From NCBI GenBank assembly GCA_052035405.1, contig JBPOHQ010000005.1, forward strand, positions 1 through 62,235: a stretch of DNA of 62,235 nt. The letters are read 5' to 3'. Made by a program: the position numbers and the translations under genes. The notes below the pieces were generated by a model that saw only the letters and a program-made list of their open reading frames with translations, made no database searches and was not told the DNA's origin. The DNA is from Candidatus Nomurabacteria bacterium (GTDB lineage Bacteria; Patescibacteriota; Minisyncoccia; Phycocordibacterales; UBA9973). Shown one piece after another: positions 43,965-52,965 of this stretch. How positions within the stretch are numbered: the first letter of the stretch is position 1; each line of letters opens with the position of its first letter.

Positions 43965-44070
43965 AACTACACATGTGTGATAGTACTACAATTTTAACTT
44001 ATTTTCAAATAACACTTTATGTTATACTGAATCTAAGTCGATTTATTAGTTTTAAAAACTTATTAAAAGT

Positions 44071-44508
44071 ATGAAAAAAATATTACCACTACTAGCTATA
44101 GCATTATTATTTAGTTCTTCCTTTGCTTTTGCTCAAGATGGAACAACAAACACAGGAACTACTCCAGTAACTACTACAACTAACACAAACAACACGGAAT
44201 GTATTCAAACTGCTGTAGCAACAAGAGAAGCTGCTATAGTAGCTGCGTGGTCTAAATTTTCTAGTGCTACAACGACAGCACTTACAAATAGAGCAGCAGC
44301 TTTAAATATTGCATGGGGTATGACTGACGCAAAAGCAAGAAGGGCTGCAAGAAATACATCTTGGAACACTTACAAAACCGATGCGAAGAAAGCAGGGTAT
44401 GATTTAAAAACTGCTAAAAAAGCTGCTTGGGAAGCGTTTAAAGCTGCATCAAAAGGATGCAAAACTACTGTAGTAGAGTCTGAACCGGCACTTGGAATTT
44501 CTCTTTAA
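44071..44508 (+). CDS. secreted hypothetical protein (Thr-rich, Ala/Lys-rich helical)
   Basis: 145 aa with signal peptide MKKILPLLAIALLFSSSFAFA. Confidence 0.7.
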   Translation: MKKILPLLAIALLFSSSFAFAQDGTTNTGTTPVTTTTNTNNTECIQTAVATREAAIVAAWSKFSSATTTALTNRAAALNIAWGMTDAKARRAARNTSWNTYKTDAKKAGYDLKTAKKAAWEAFKAASKGCKTTVVESEPALGISL

Positions 44509-44522
44509 TTTTTAAAAATACT

Positions 44523-44566
44523 CACAATAAAAAGAACTTGCTTTTAAGCAAGTTCTTTTTATTGTG
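44523..44566. terminator. perfect 20-bp palindromic bidirectional terminator
   Basis: CACAATAAAAAGAACTTGCT-ttta-AGCAAGTTCTTTTTATTGTG. Confidence 0.75.
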
Positions 44567-44640
44567 CGCGACCGAGCGGATTTGAACCGCCAGCCTCCCG
44601 CGTGACAGGCGGGTGCTCTAACCAGTTGAGCTACGATCGC
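44567..44640 (-). tRNA. tRNA-Asp (anticodon GUC)
   Basis: rc folds as GCGATCG-TA-GCTC..GAGC-A-CCCGC-CTGTCAC-GCGGG-AGGCT-GGCGG-TTCAAAT-CCGCT-CGGTCGC-G. Confidence 0.9.
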
Positions 44641-44688
44641 AAACTATAATCTTTTAAAAACAACTTACTTTTTCACAATCGTCCGCCT

Positions 44689-44739
44689 AGGCGGGTGCTC
44701 GCTCTTTTCTAAACTGAGTTAAGCTACGATCGCAAACTA
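44689..44739 (-). pseudogene. degraded duplicate of the 5' half of tRNA-Asp plus its upstream flank
   Basis: Shares AGGCGGGTGCTC (44689-44700) and AGCTACGATCGCAAACTA (44722-44739) with the intact gene and its flank. There is no T arm or 3' acceptor. Confidence 0.6.
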
Positions 44740-44780
44740 CTTTAAAATTACCACAATCTAGCAAAGATTGCTAGGTGATG

Positions 44781-44854
44781 TGTCGGCGGGTGGACTTGAA
44801 CCACCTACCTTGGGCTTATGAGTCCCACGCTCTAACCAGATGAGCTACGCCGAC
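44781..44854 (-). tRNA. tRNA with CAU anticodon (elongator Met or lysidine-modified Ile2)
   Basis: rc folds as GTCGGCG-TA-GCTC..GAGC-G-TGGGA-CTCATAA-GCCCA-AGGTA-GGTGG-TTCAAGT-CCACC-CGCCGAC-A. Confidence 0.85.
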
Positions 44855-44914
44855 TTATACAGCATGAGACATAGATGGCATGTCACTTGCCGACTCTGCT
44901 AAAAAGCAGAATTG

Positions 44915-44985
44915 TTGCGGGGTCCAGAATCGAACTGGAGCCTCAAGGTTATGAGCCTTGCGAGATACCTCTTCTCTACCCCGCT
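44915..44985 (-). tRNA. initiator-like tRNA-Met (CAU) with A1xA72 mismatch and A11:U24
   Basis: rc folds as A-GCGGGG-T-A-GAGA-agaggta-TCTC-G-CAAGG-CTCATAA-CCTTG-AGGC-TCCAG-TTCGATT-CTGGA-CCCCGC-A-A. The short D loop and variable loop make the fold atypical. Confidence 0.75.
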
Positions 44986-45036
44986 ATAAAAACGATACAC
45001 TATTATATAACAACATCTTGCAAAAGTAAATCTTTT

Positions 45037-45747
45037 TTAGATATACCCAAACTCTCTAAAAATTTGCTCATATAAAGCAATAACTCTTTTTGCTTCACGA
45101 GAAGTAAGTGTAAAAGCTGAACCTTCGTGGGCTATTCTATTTCGAACAGTGTGTACTTCCCATGCAGCAGAGAGGCTATGAAACTTATCTCTATCTGCAA
45201 CTTTTAATTTTTCTCCCAAACCCTCTCCTTTGAATCCTAAATCAGTCATCAGGTCATTCAGCATCTCGTCTGCATCAATAACAGCAACCTTCCAATTACC
45301 GTCGTTCTCAGAAGATAGATTTTTTAAAACATTTACCCATCGAGGATTTGATGATACAGACTCTATACCCTTAAGAGCCTTAGCTTCTTTTTCTTTTTGT
45401 TTATGAGCATACTCATGTATTTCATGATGCAAATGCTCATGTTCTTTTTTTCTTATTTCAAGCATACGGACAGCACAGTAAGCAAGTACAGTTAGGAAAA
45501 ATAAAAGTAAGAGGTATAGGAATAATTTAAAACCACTACCAAACCAATCTGAACGAGTAGCCATAGAAGCAGCTTCTTCTACGCCGCTACCACTTCCCCC
45601 GTCTCCAGGACTTCCAGAAAACCAAGAACCTATTCCATGAAAAAAAACATATATTTTATAAAAAACATACTCTACATTTATGTAGTTTGGTTGTGGTAAA
45701 GAAGTTATTGGAGAAGGGTCTACTGCTGGTGTGTAATATGGATCCAT
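45037..45747 (-). CDS. membrane protein with Pro-rich N-terminus and conserved-looking C-terminal cytoplasmic domain, unknown function
   Basis: 236-aa ORF with a central TM helix FKLFLYLLLLFFLTVLAYCAV. Confidence 0.75.
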   Translation of the reverse strand: MDPYYTPAVDPSPITSLPQPNYINVEYVFYKIYVFFHGIGSWFSGSPGDGGSGSGVEEAASMATRSDWFGSGFKLFLYLLLLFFLTVLAYCAVRMLEIRKKEHEHLHHEIHEYAHKQKEKEAKALKGIESVSSNPRWVNVLKNLSSENDGNWKVAVIDADEMLNDLMTDLGFKGEGLGEKLKVADRDKFHSLSAAWEVHTVRNRIAHEGSAFTLTSREAKRVIALYEQIFREFGYI

Positions 45748-45797
45748 TTAATGTTACTTAAAAAGTAATAATAAAATTATAACACATTATTAATTTA

Positions 45798-47219
45798 TTA
45801 ATCTTTTAAACTCTCAAATTTTTTGCCTATATTAAAAAGTGCGTCTTCACAGAAGTGAGGAGTAGTAAACTGCACAGAAAATGGTAATCCTTCTTTTGAA
45901 AAACCAGATGGTACGGCAATACTCGGTGTCCCTGTTAGGTTCGCAGGTGCATTAAACAAGTCGCACAGATACATAGATACTGGATCATCTATCTTCTCCC
46001 CTATTTTAAAAGGCAAGAATGGTACAGTCGGAGTCATGATGAAATCAACTATTTTAAAAGCCTCTTCAGTCTCTTTCATTATTGCACGTCGAACTTTCCA
46101 TGCCTTATTATAATAAGCATCATAATATCCATGAGAGAGGACGTATGTACCGAGAATAATTCTTCGTCGAGTCTCAGCTCCAAACCCCTTTGATCGAGAT
46201 TTTTTAAACATATCAGAAACTGAATTCCCTTCTACTCGTAATCCGTAGCGTACTCCATCAAAACGAGAGAGATTCGTAGAAACTTCAGCTGGCATTATTA
46301 TATAGTACACAGCAAGAGAATATTTAGAAAAAGGTAACTGTATGTCAACAATCTCATACCCCTCTTTTTCCAGCTTACTAACGGACTCTTTAAAGTTGTG
46401 CATTATTTCTGAGTTGAGCCCATCTTCAAATAAATGCCACGGTATTCCTATCTTTTTACTTTGGATATTCTTCTCTGGGATACGGTTCTCTTCTTTGATA
46501 GATGTCGCATCGTTTTTATCATGTTTAGAGAGTGCATTAAATACAATCTCTACGTCAGCCACGGTTTTACCTATCGGAGAGACCTGATCAAGTGAGTTAC
46601 CCATAGCGATAACTCCGTGCCTTGAAAGCGAGCCGTAAGTCGGCTTTAATCCAACAACACCACAAAAAGCAGCTGGCTCTCGAGCAGAACCGCACGTTTC
46701 TGTACCTAAAGATATGAGTGCCATATTTGCTGCAACAGAAGCAGCAGAACCCCCGGATGTACCACCAGGTACTCGGGTAAGGTCGTATGGGTTCTTCGAC
46801 GGACCATATGCGGAATGCTCAGTGGAAGACCCCATGGCAAATTCGTCCATATTTACTCGTCCAAGGAATACTGCCCCTTGAGTCTTTAGCTCTTTAATCA
46901 CCGTGGCATCATAAGTCGCTACATAATTTTCAAGTATTTTAGAACCAGCGGAAGATATATGCCCTGTTATCAAAATATTATCTTTGATTGAAAAAGGAAT
47001 ACCTGTTAAAAGAGTATCTCTGTTCTCGGTAAACATTTTCTGGGCTTCTTCCACTTGATTTAAAACATCATCGTACAATTCTAGATACGCATGAATATCT
47101 TTGTCTTTCTCTTTTATTACATCTAGATATGCTTCGGCAAGTTCTTTACAAGAGAACTCTCCTTTTTTCAAACTATGGTGAGCTTTTTCTATTGTTAAAT
47201 TTTTTAAATCTATATTCAT
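45798..47219 (-). CDS. gatA: Asp-tRNA(Asn)/Glu-tRNA(Gln) amidotransferase subunit A
   Basis: 473 aa with the amidase signature GGTSGGSAASVAA. Confidence 0.95.
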   Translation of the reverse strand: MNIDLKNLTIEKAHHSLKKGEFSCKELAEAYLDVIKEKDKDIHAYLELYDDVLNQVEEAQKMFTENRDTLLTGIPFSIKDNILITGHISSAGSKILENYVATYDATVIKELKTQGAVFLGRVNMDEFAMGSSTEHSAYGPSKNPYDLTRVPGGTSGGSAASVAANMALISLGTETCGSAREPAAFCGVVGLKPTYGSLSRHGVIAMGNSLDQVSPIGKTVADVEIVFNALSKHDKNDATSIKEENRIPEKNIQSKKIGIPWHLFEDGLNSEIMHNFKESVSKLEKEGYEIVDIQLPFSKYSLAVYYIIMPAEVSTNLSRFDGVRYGLRVEGNSVSDMFKKSRSKGFGAETRRRIILGTYVLSHGYYDAYYNKAWKVRRAIMKETEEAFKIVDFIMTPTVPFLPFKIGEKIDDPVSMYLCDLFNAPANLTGTPSIAVPSGFSKEGLPFSVQFTTPHFCEDALFNIGKKFESLKD

Positions 47220-47242
47220 ATAATTGAGTATTGAGTTTTGTA

Positions 47243-47515
47243 CTATAAAATCTTTTTTACCTTTACAAAATTATCTTGCGAATCTGGAAATTGCCCGATA
47301 ATACGCTCCCGATCAAAGATTCTTTCTCCTGCATCGTCTTCCCGCCAAGCATTTCTATGCTTATATTCTATCTCTATATCTGGAACATCTATGTCTTCAA
47401 TCTGTTTTACATATGCTAAAATCCCATCCATATCGGCAAGGATTTTTTGCTTTTCTTCTATGGTTAACTCAATCTTAGCCAGTTCAGCCAAATTTTCTAT
47501 GTCTTTTAGTTCCAT
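47243..47515 (-). CDS. gatC: Asp-tRNA(Asn)/Glu-tRNA(Gln) amidotransferase subunit C
   Basis: 90 aa with IENLAELAKIELTIEEK...ILAYVKQI, upstream of gatA. TATACT (47523-47528) ends 7 nt before the ATG. Confidence 0.85.
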   Translation of the reverse strand: MELKDIENLAELAKIELTIEEKQKILADMDGILAYVKQIEDIDVPDIEIEYKHRNAWREDDAGERIFDRERIIGQFPDSQDNFVKVKKIL

Positions 47516-47582
47516 ACAGTAGAGTATAGCGTGTACTCGTATTTTTTCAAAATAATCTTTCCAGAGGAAAAGAGAACAATCC

Positions 47583-49619
47583 CTACCTCATAAACGCCTC
47601 CCTCGTCTCTACCCCAACAATACCGTCTACCTTGATAGATCGAGCAGCTTGGAAAGCCTTAACTGCTTTGTAGGTTAGTAAGCCGAATTTTGTTGTCTCT
47701 TTACCAGGTGATCCTGCTCCTGTGGTAGATATAGTATATCCTTTACAGTTTAAGAGTTGTTGGAGAGTTTTTACGTTGGGATGACTGAGCTTTAGTTTAA
47801 GGATGGGTGGTATGTCTCCTAAGGTTGGACAGGATGCAGGTGTTGGAGTTGTTGGAGCAGTGGTTGGAGTTGTAGGAGTGGTTACTGGTATGTTAGGAGT
47901 GTTTGGAACTGTAGCTGGTGGTGAAATAGTCGTATTGTGTGTAATGGAGGGTAGAGATACTGCAGCTGGAAAAGCTATCTCAATATTTTTATTATATGAC
48001 AATGATCCAGAAGCTCCTGGTTGAGGTAGTGTTAGGTTTGCATCGTTTGTAGAACTGTCTTTGATGGTGCCTCCGTTTAAAGTAAGAGCTGTAGTGTTTG
48101 TATAGTCTAAGTCTAGCGTATGGTCTCCTGGTTGGACTGTATAGGTAAAGGTTAGCGTGTTAGTACCTGAACCTGATGTGTATGTTGCAGTACGGTTAGT
48201 ATCTCCTGTTTCTAGGGTTAGTTGTGGAGTTCCAGTGACGGTGACTGATTCGGAGAAGGTGATGGTGGTTGAAATTGTAGCGTTTGGAAAGTAAGGGGCG
48301 TTATCGTTAGAAGAAGAAACTGAAGATACGTATGGACAAATAGTAGTAAAAGTATTATCAGATCCATATGAAGTTCCTGCTGGACTAGTTACATATGCTC
48401 TAAAGTGGTATAGCGTGTCACAGGTGAGAGATGATATATCTTTTGTATATGCACCAGTAGAGTACGAACCCGAGTCTGAAGCAGTCGATCCGTAACTTGT
48501 GGTTAATCCGTATTCGAATCCTCTCACAGTAATTCCTCCACCCACTCCTCCGACTCCTACATCTGTTATGGTTCCTCCTAGTGTTGCAGTGTTATCACCT
48601 ATGGAAGTCGCACTTCCTGTGGTAACTGTTGCTGGAGTTAAGGTACCGTAGGTATAAATATATCCTGGATTGTTTACAAATGATGCTTTTGATCCATCTG
48701 TAGATGATGCAATCATACGCCAATATCCACCAGTAGTACTCACACCCGATTGTTGAGTCCAAGTTGCTCCATCATCAGTAGAAACGTACATACCAGCAGC
48801 TCCTTTTAATACAAAAAGTTTACTTCCATCAGGAGAATAGGTGATTGACTCCCAGCAAGCAGTTCCCGGAGCAGTTCTTTGTGTCCAAGTAGTTCCGGAA
48901 TCAGTTGAAGTATAAATATAGCCAACACAACTAGTAGCTGCAAGTTTGGTACCATCCGCAGAAGAAGTAACAGAAAACCAGAAAGCAGTTCCCGCTGAAG
49001 GCATTGCGTTCCAGGTAACTCCAGAATTAGTTGATCTGTAAATAGAACCTCCATATGTAGCGGCTACGAGTTTTGTACCATCAGAAGAAGAAGCTGTTGG
49101 CCATACACCAAGCTGCCCTACTGCAGTTTGCTGAGTCCAAGTAACCCCAGAGTCTGTCGATGTATACAAATACCCATCATCTGTAGAATCAGTTGTAGCA
49201 AAAAGCTTTGTACCGTCCGCAGAAGAAGAAACATGTAACCAGTAATTTGAGCCACCAGAAGTTCTTTCTGTCCAAGTCACTCCACCATCCGTAGATGTGT
49301 ATATGTACCCTGCTCCTTCACCCACAGTAGCAACAAGTTTTAATCCATCAGCAGAAGAAGCGAGTCCATACCAGTTACGTGAACCAGCAGAAGTCCTTTC
49401 TGTCCAAGTCACACCACTGTCAGTGGATGTATAAATATACCCACCCCCCACAGCAGCTACGAGTTTTGTACCATCAGAAGAAGAAGCAATGGCTCGCCAC
49501 GTACGAGACCCAGAACCTGTTTGCTGCATCCATCCATCTACAGCCAATACAGTTGGAGAAAATGAATATAGAGTAACGATTAAAATAAAAAGACTAAAAA
49601 ATTTAAAAAAATATTTCAT
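47583..49619 (-). CDS. secreted protein: BNR/Asp-box beta-propeller repeats, Ig/FN3-like middle domains, Thr/Pro linker and C-terminal peptidoglycan-binding (PG_binding_1-like) domain
   Basis: 678 aa with a signal peptide. About 8 copies of YTSTD(S/G)G(V/T)TWT. C-terminus has LQQLLNCKGY...TYKAVKAFQAARSIKVDGIVGVETREAF. Confidence 0.9.
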   Translation of the reverse strand: MKYFFKFFSLFILIVTLYSFSPTVLAVDGWMQQTGSGSRTWRAIASSSDGTKLVAAVGGGYIYTSTDSGVTWTERTSAGSRNWYGLASSADGLKLVATVGEGAGYIYTSTDGGVTWTERTSGGSNYWLHVSSSADGTKLFATTDSTDDGYLYTSTDSGVTWTQQTAVGQLGVWPTASSSDGTKLVAATYGGSIYRSTNSGVTWNAMPSAGTAFWFSVTSSADGTKLAATSCVGYIYTSTDSGTTWTQRTAPGTACWESITYSPDGSKLFVLKGAAGMYVSTDDGATWTQQSGVSTTGGYWRMIASSTDGSKASFVNNPGYIYTYGTLTPATVTTGSATSIGDNTATLGGTITDVGVGGVGGGITVRGFEYGLTTSYGSTASDSGSYSTGAYTKDISSLTCDTLYHFRAYVTSPAGTSYGSDNTFTTICPYVSSVSSSNDNAPYFPNATISTTITFSESVTVTGTPQLTLETGDTNRTATYTSGSGTNTLTFTYTVQPGDHTLDLDYTNTTALTLNGGTIKDSSTNDANLTLPQPGASGSLSYNKNIEIAFPAAVSLPSITHNTTISPPATVPNTPNIPVTTPTTPTTAPTTPTPASCPTLGDIPPILKLKLSHPNVKTLQQLLNCKGYTISTTGAGSPGKETTKFGLLTYKAVKAFQAARSIKVDGIVGVETREAFMR

Positions 49620-49664
49620 AAAAGATTGTTAAATAAATATTATATATATATCATAACAAATAGA

Positions 49665-50558
49665 TTATCTACTATCAAGGAGTGCTTGAATTCTAGCTTC
49701 AGTTGGTGGGTGTGTTGCAAAAAGTCCAGAAATTCTTTTACCTATCTTTGAGCCCTTAGGATCCGCAAGATATAAGTGTGCAATAGCATTAGACTGTCTC
49801 CTCATTGGTTGACTGTATTGTGATATTTTTCTTAATGCATTTGCGAGTCCTTCTGGATATCGAGTGAGTAGTGCCCCAGAAGCATCAGCAAGAAACTCAC
49901 GCTTACGAGAGATGGCGAGTTGAATAAGGGTCGCAAATATTGGTGCAAGAATTGAAAGGATTATTCCTACTATCATGAGTAATCCTCCAGCTTTATTATC
50001 ATCATTATCTCGATGTCCACCCCAAAGCATACTTCTCATGAAGAAGTCAGCAAGGATAGATACAAAACCAACGAGGACCACCGCTACAGTGGATATAAGC
50101 ATATCTCTGTTACCAATATGAGAAAGCTCATGAGCTATTACTCCTTCTAATTCATTTTTTTCAAGTATTGCAAGTAGTCCTGTAGTAGCACAGACAACGG
50201 CGTGATTTTTATCGCGTCCTGTTGCAAACGCATTCGGGGCTGGGTCATTAACCACATACACCTTTGGCATTGGAAGCCCTGCAGTAATAGATAGATTCTC
50301 TACAATCGTATACAAATCAAAATACTCTTCCCTCCTTGCTTCTTTTGCTCCTGCAAGAGATAGTACAATCTTATCTGAAAACCAATATGAAACAATATTC
50401 ATCACAATACTAAATAATGCAAAAAAATATAAAAAACTTGGATTCTGATAGTAATAGGAAAAAAACCACCCCAAAGCGATAACGATACCAAAAAACACAG
50501 CCATCAGCATCCATGTTTTTGTAATGTTTTTTGATTGTTGAGTGTATAACGAAGACAT
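49665..50558 (-). CDS. htpX: zinc metalloprotease HtpX (M48 family)
   Basis: 297 aa with the HELSHI zinc motif and 4 TM helices. Confidence 0.9.
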   Translation of the reverse strand: MSSLYTQQSKNITKTWMLMAVFFGIVIALGWFFSYYYQNPSFLYFFALFSIVMNIVSYWFSDKIVLSLAGAKEARREEYFDLYTIVENLSITAGLPMPKVYVVNDPAPNAFATGRDKNHAVVCATTGLLAILEKNELEGVIAHELSHIGNRDMLISTVAVVLVGFVSILADFFMRSMLWGGHRDNDDNKAGGLLMIVGIILSILAPIFATLIQLAISRKREFLADASGALLTRYPEGLANALRKISQYSQPMRRQSNAIAHLYLADPKGSKIGKRISGLFATHPPTEARIQALLDSR

Positions 50559-50562
50559 TGCT

Positions 50563-51366
50563 TTAGTTTAAATTATAGGTATCTATATCTGCAGACAATT
50601 CGTGATTGAAAGATTTATAATAGACAGCGACACAAGAAGGTAATGTTGTTTTACAAAGACTAGTAGCTGGGTCAGGTTCTCTTCTGAATCCTCCACATAC
50701 TTCTAATTCCTTACCCTTCTCATCGTAGAAAGTTGTTGGTGCATCTGCTAACCCAGTATTAGGATATGTTGCAAAAAGTAATTTACCATCTTTCTTACAT
50801 TCTTTTATATCTGCATACTCGTTTTCTTTAACAAAAGATTTCAAGAAAGCTAGAGCCTGTGCAGGCAACACAACTCCTGTATTAGATGCTTCAGCTGCTT
50901 TTTCTATAACTATCGGAATCAAAATACTTTTATCATTCTCTGGAAGTCCTGATGCATTGTCATTGTGTATTTCGAGATATGCAGCACCGGCTGGTAATCC
51001 TCCGAAATCAATATTACCCTCAAAGTCAACTGGACCTGCAGTCATCCAGTCAGTCTTTGCGATTGCATTACTTGCTTTCAATACTTTCTTGTTGGCATCT
51101 AAAACATTTATTAAGATATTTCCTTCAAAAAAGTACGCTCCCTTAATCGTCCCTCGATAAGATACAACTCCCTTAACAGAAGTATTTGGCAAAATAGAAA
51201 AAGTAATTAAATCATCCTTATTACCCAAAATAGTATTCTGGTTTTGGTTCTCTTCCGGCACTTCTGGTGCGACAACAATTGGTACTTTTCTCTGTAAGAG
51301 ATATACCACCAATACAACAAACACAAGCACAATAAGACCAGTTAAAATTTTTCCAAATTTTGTCAT
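50563..51366 (-). CDS. membrane-anchored hypothetical protein (Ig-like beta domain suspected)
   Basis: 267-aa ORF with an N-terminal TM helix, located between lemA and htpX. Confidence 0.8.
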   Translation of the reverse strand: MTKFGKILTGLIVLVFVVLVVYLLQRKVPIVVAPEVPEENQNQNTILGNKDDLITFSILPNTSVKGVVSYRGTIKGAYFFEGNILINVLDANKKVLKASNAIAKTDWMTAGPVDFEGNIDFGGLPAGAAYLEIHNDNASGLPENDKSILIPIVIEKAAEASNTGVVLPAQALAFLKSFVKENEYADIKECKKDGKLLFATYPNTGLADAPTTFYDEKGKELEVCGGFRREPDPATSLCKTTLPSCVAVYYKSFNHELSADIDTYNLN

Positions 51367-51387
51367 AATATGTAGTACATTTAATTT

Positions 51388-51936
51388 TTAAAACTTCACT
51401 TCGACGTTTTGTTGAGCAACGTCGTTATCAGGCAAGTCAAAGAATTCCATCTTCTTGAAACCAAACATGTTAGCGATAACATTTCCAGGGAATTGTTGTA
51501 CTCCTGTATTTAAGTCACGAACATTAGTATTATAAAATCTTCGTGCTGCTTGAATCTTGTTTTCAGTATCAGCAAGTTCACGTTGTAATTCGATAAAGTT
51601 TGTATTTGCTTTCAAGTCTGGATATGCTTCTGCAATACCAAAAAGTCCTGTTACTGCAGCCCCGAGCATTGCTTCTGATTGCGCATGTTCCCCTACTGTT
51701 TTTGCACCCATAGCCGCTGCACGAGCCTGAGTTACTTTTTCGAATGCAGTTGATTCGTGAGTAGCATATCCCTTTACAGAATTCACTAAATTAGGAATAA
51801 GGTCATAACGTCTCTTGAGCTGAACTTCGATATCAGACCATGCTTCATGAGTACGGTTTACTAAAGCTACAAATTTATTGTAAGCAACAACAACCCAAAT
51901 TACTACGACACCTAATGCAATTAATATATATTTCAT
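51388..51936 (-). CDS. lemA: LemA family protein
   Basis: 182 aa with YNKFVALVNRTHEAWSDIEVQLKRRYDLIPNLV...RRFYN. Confidence 0.9.
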   Translation of the reverse strand: MKYILIALGVVVIWVVVAYNKFVALVNRTHEAWSDIEVQLKRRYDLIPNLVNSVKGYATHESTAFEKVTQARAAAMGAKTVGEHAQSEAMLGAAVTGLFGIAEAYPDLKANTNFIELQRELADTENKIQAARRFYNTNVRDLNTGVQQFPGNVIANMFGFKKMEFFDLPDNDVAQQNVEVKF

Positions 51937-52020
51937 GTTTTTAAGAGTATGTACTAATAACTAAATACACCCATACCGTGTATGAGTGTATTATACCAAA
52001 AAATCATATTTTTTGCTTGT

Positions 52021-52929
52021 CTAGCCTTTTTTAGAATCTTGCCATTCTTGTAAGGTAACTAAGAGCGGAGAAGCAAGGAATATTGAAGAATAAGTACCAA
52101 AAAACATACCAGTGATGAGCATGAGAGCGAAGTATTTTGTCGTTTCTGGACCAAAGAAAAATAGTGCACACAATACAAGAATAACGGTCAGAGAAGTAGA
52201 TATAGAACGCACGAAAGATTGCTGTAAACTTCTTCCTACAACTTCCTTGAAATCAATGGTCTTTGTTTGACCTAAGGCACTCAAATTCTCTCTAATTCTA
52301 TCAAAAATAACAATAGTATCAGATACAGAAAGTCCAAGGACAGTTAATATTGCGACAACAAACAACGTATCTACTTCTGCTCCATAATAGTGAGACAAGA
52401 TAACAAAAAGCCCTATTGGCATCAAAACATCGTGAAGTAAAGTAATGATAGCAATAACTCCGTATTTCCAAGAAGCCACTGGTTTTGAAACTTTTCTAAA
52501 CGCATACGCAATAAAGAGAACAATAGCTAAAGACACAAGAACAATAGCAACAATTGCTTTTCGAGTGAGTTCTTTACCTACTGATGGACCAATAGAGTTA
52601 AAATTAATTTCTTTCAGTGGATATGCACCGTTTAGAGTAAGTGTATTTAGGAGTAATCCGTGCTCGGCGTCATTTACATCTCGTGATTTAACGATAAAAT
52701 TTTTTTCTCCTGTTGGTTGTATGAGTACAGAACCAAAGTCTTTTCCTTCAAATGCTTTGTTTACTTCTTCTTGAGCTGGTCGAGTAGTATCATATGCTAC
52801 TTCGGTGATTGCTCCCCCTTTGAAATCTATTCCAATTTTCAATTTAAAGACAAACAGTAATACAATAGACAAGAGAACCAATGCAATTGATATACCGATA
52901 AATATTTTTTTGTTTTTAATGATAAACAT
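52021..52929 (-). CDS. secF: protein translocase subunit SecF
   Basis: 302 aa with GIDFKGG and a 6-TM SecD/SecF core. Confidence 0.9.
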   Translation of the reverse strand: MFIIKNKKIFIGISIALVLLSIVLLFVFKLKIGIDFKGGAITEVAYDTTRPAQEEVNKAFEGKDFGSVLIQPTGEKNFIVKSRDVNDAEHGLLLNTLTLNGAYPLKEINFNSIGPSVGKELTRKAIVAIVLVSLAIVLFIAYAFRKVSKPVASWKYGVIAIITLLHDVLMPIGLFVILSHYYGAEVDTLFVVAILTVLGLSVSDTIVIFDRIRENLSALGQTKTIDFKEVVGRSLQQSFVRSISTSLTVILVLCALFFFGPETTKYFALMLITGMFFGTYSSIFLASPLLVTLQEWQDSKKG

Positions 52930-52965
52930 GTTGTATTTCTAAATGTTATTAATTATATATTCTTA

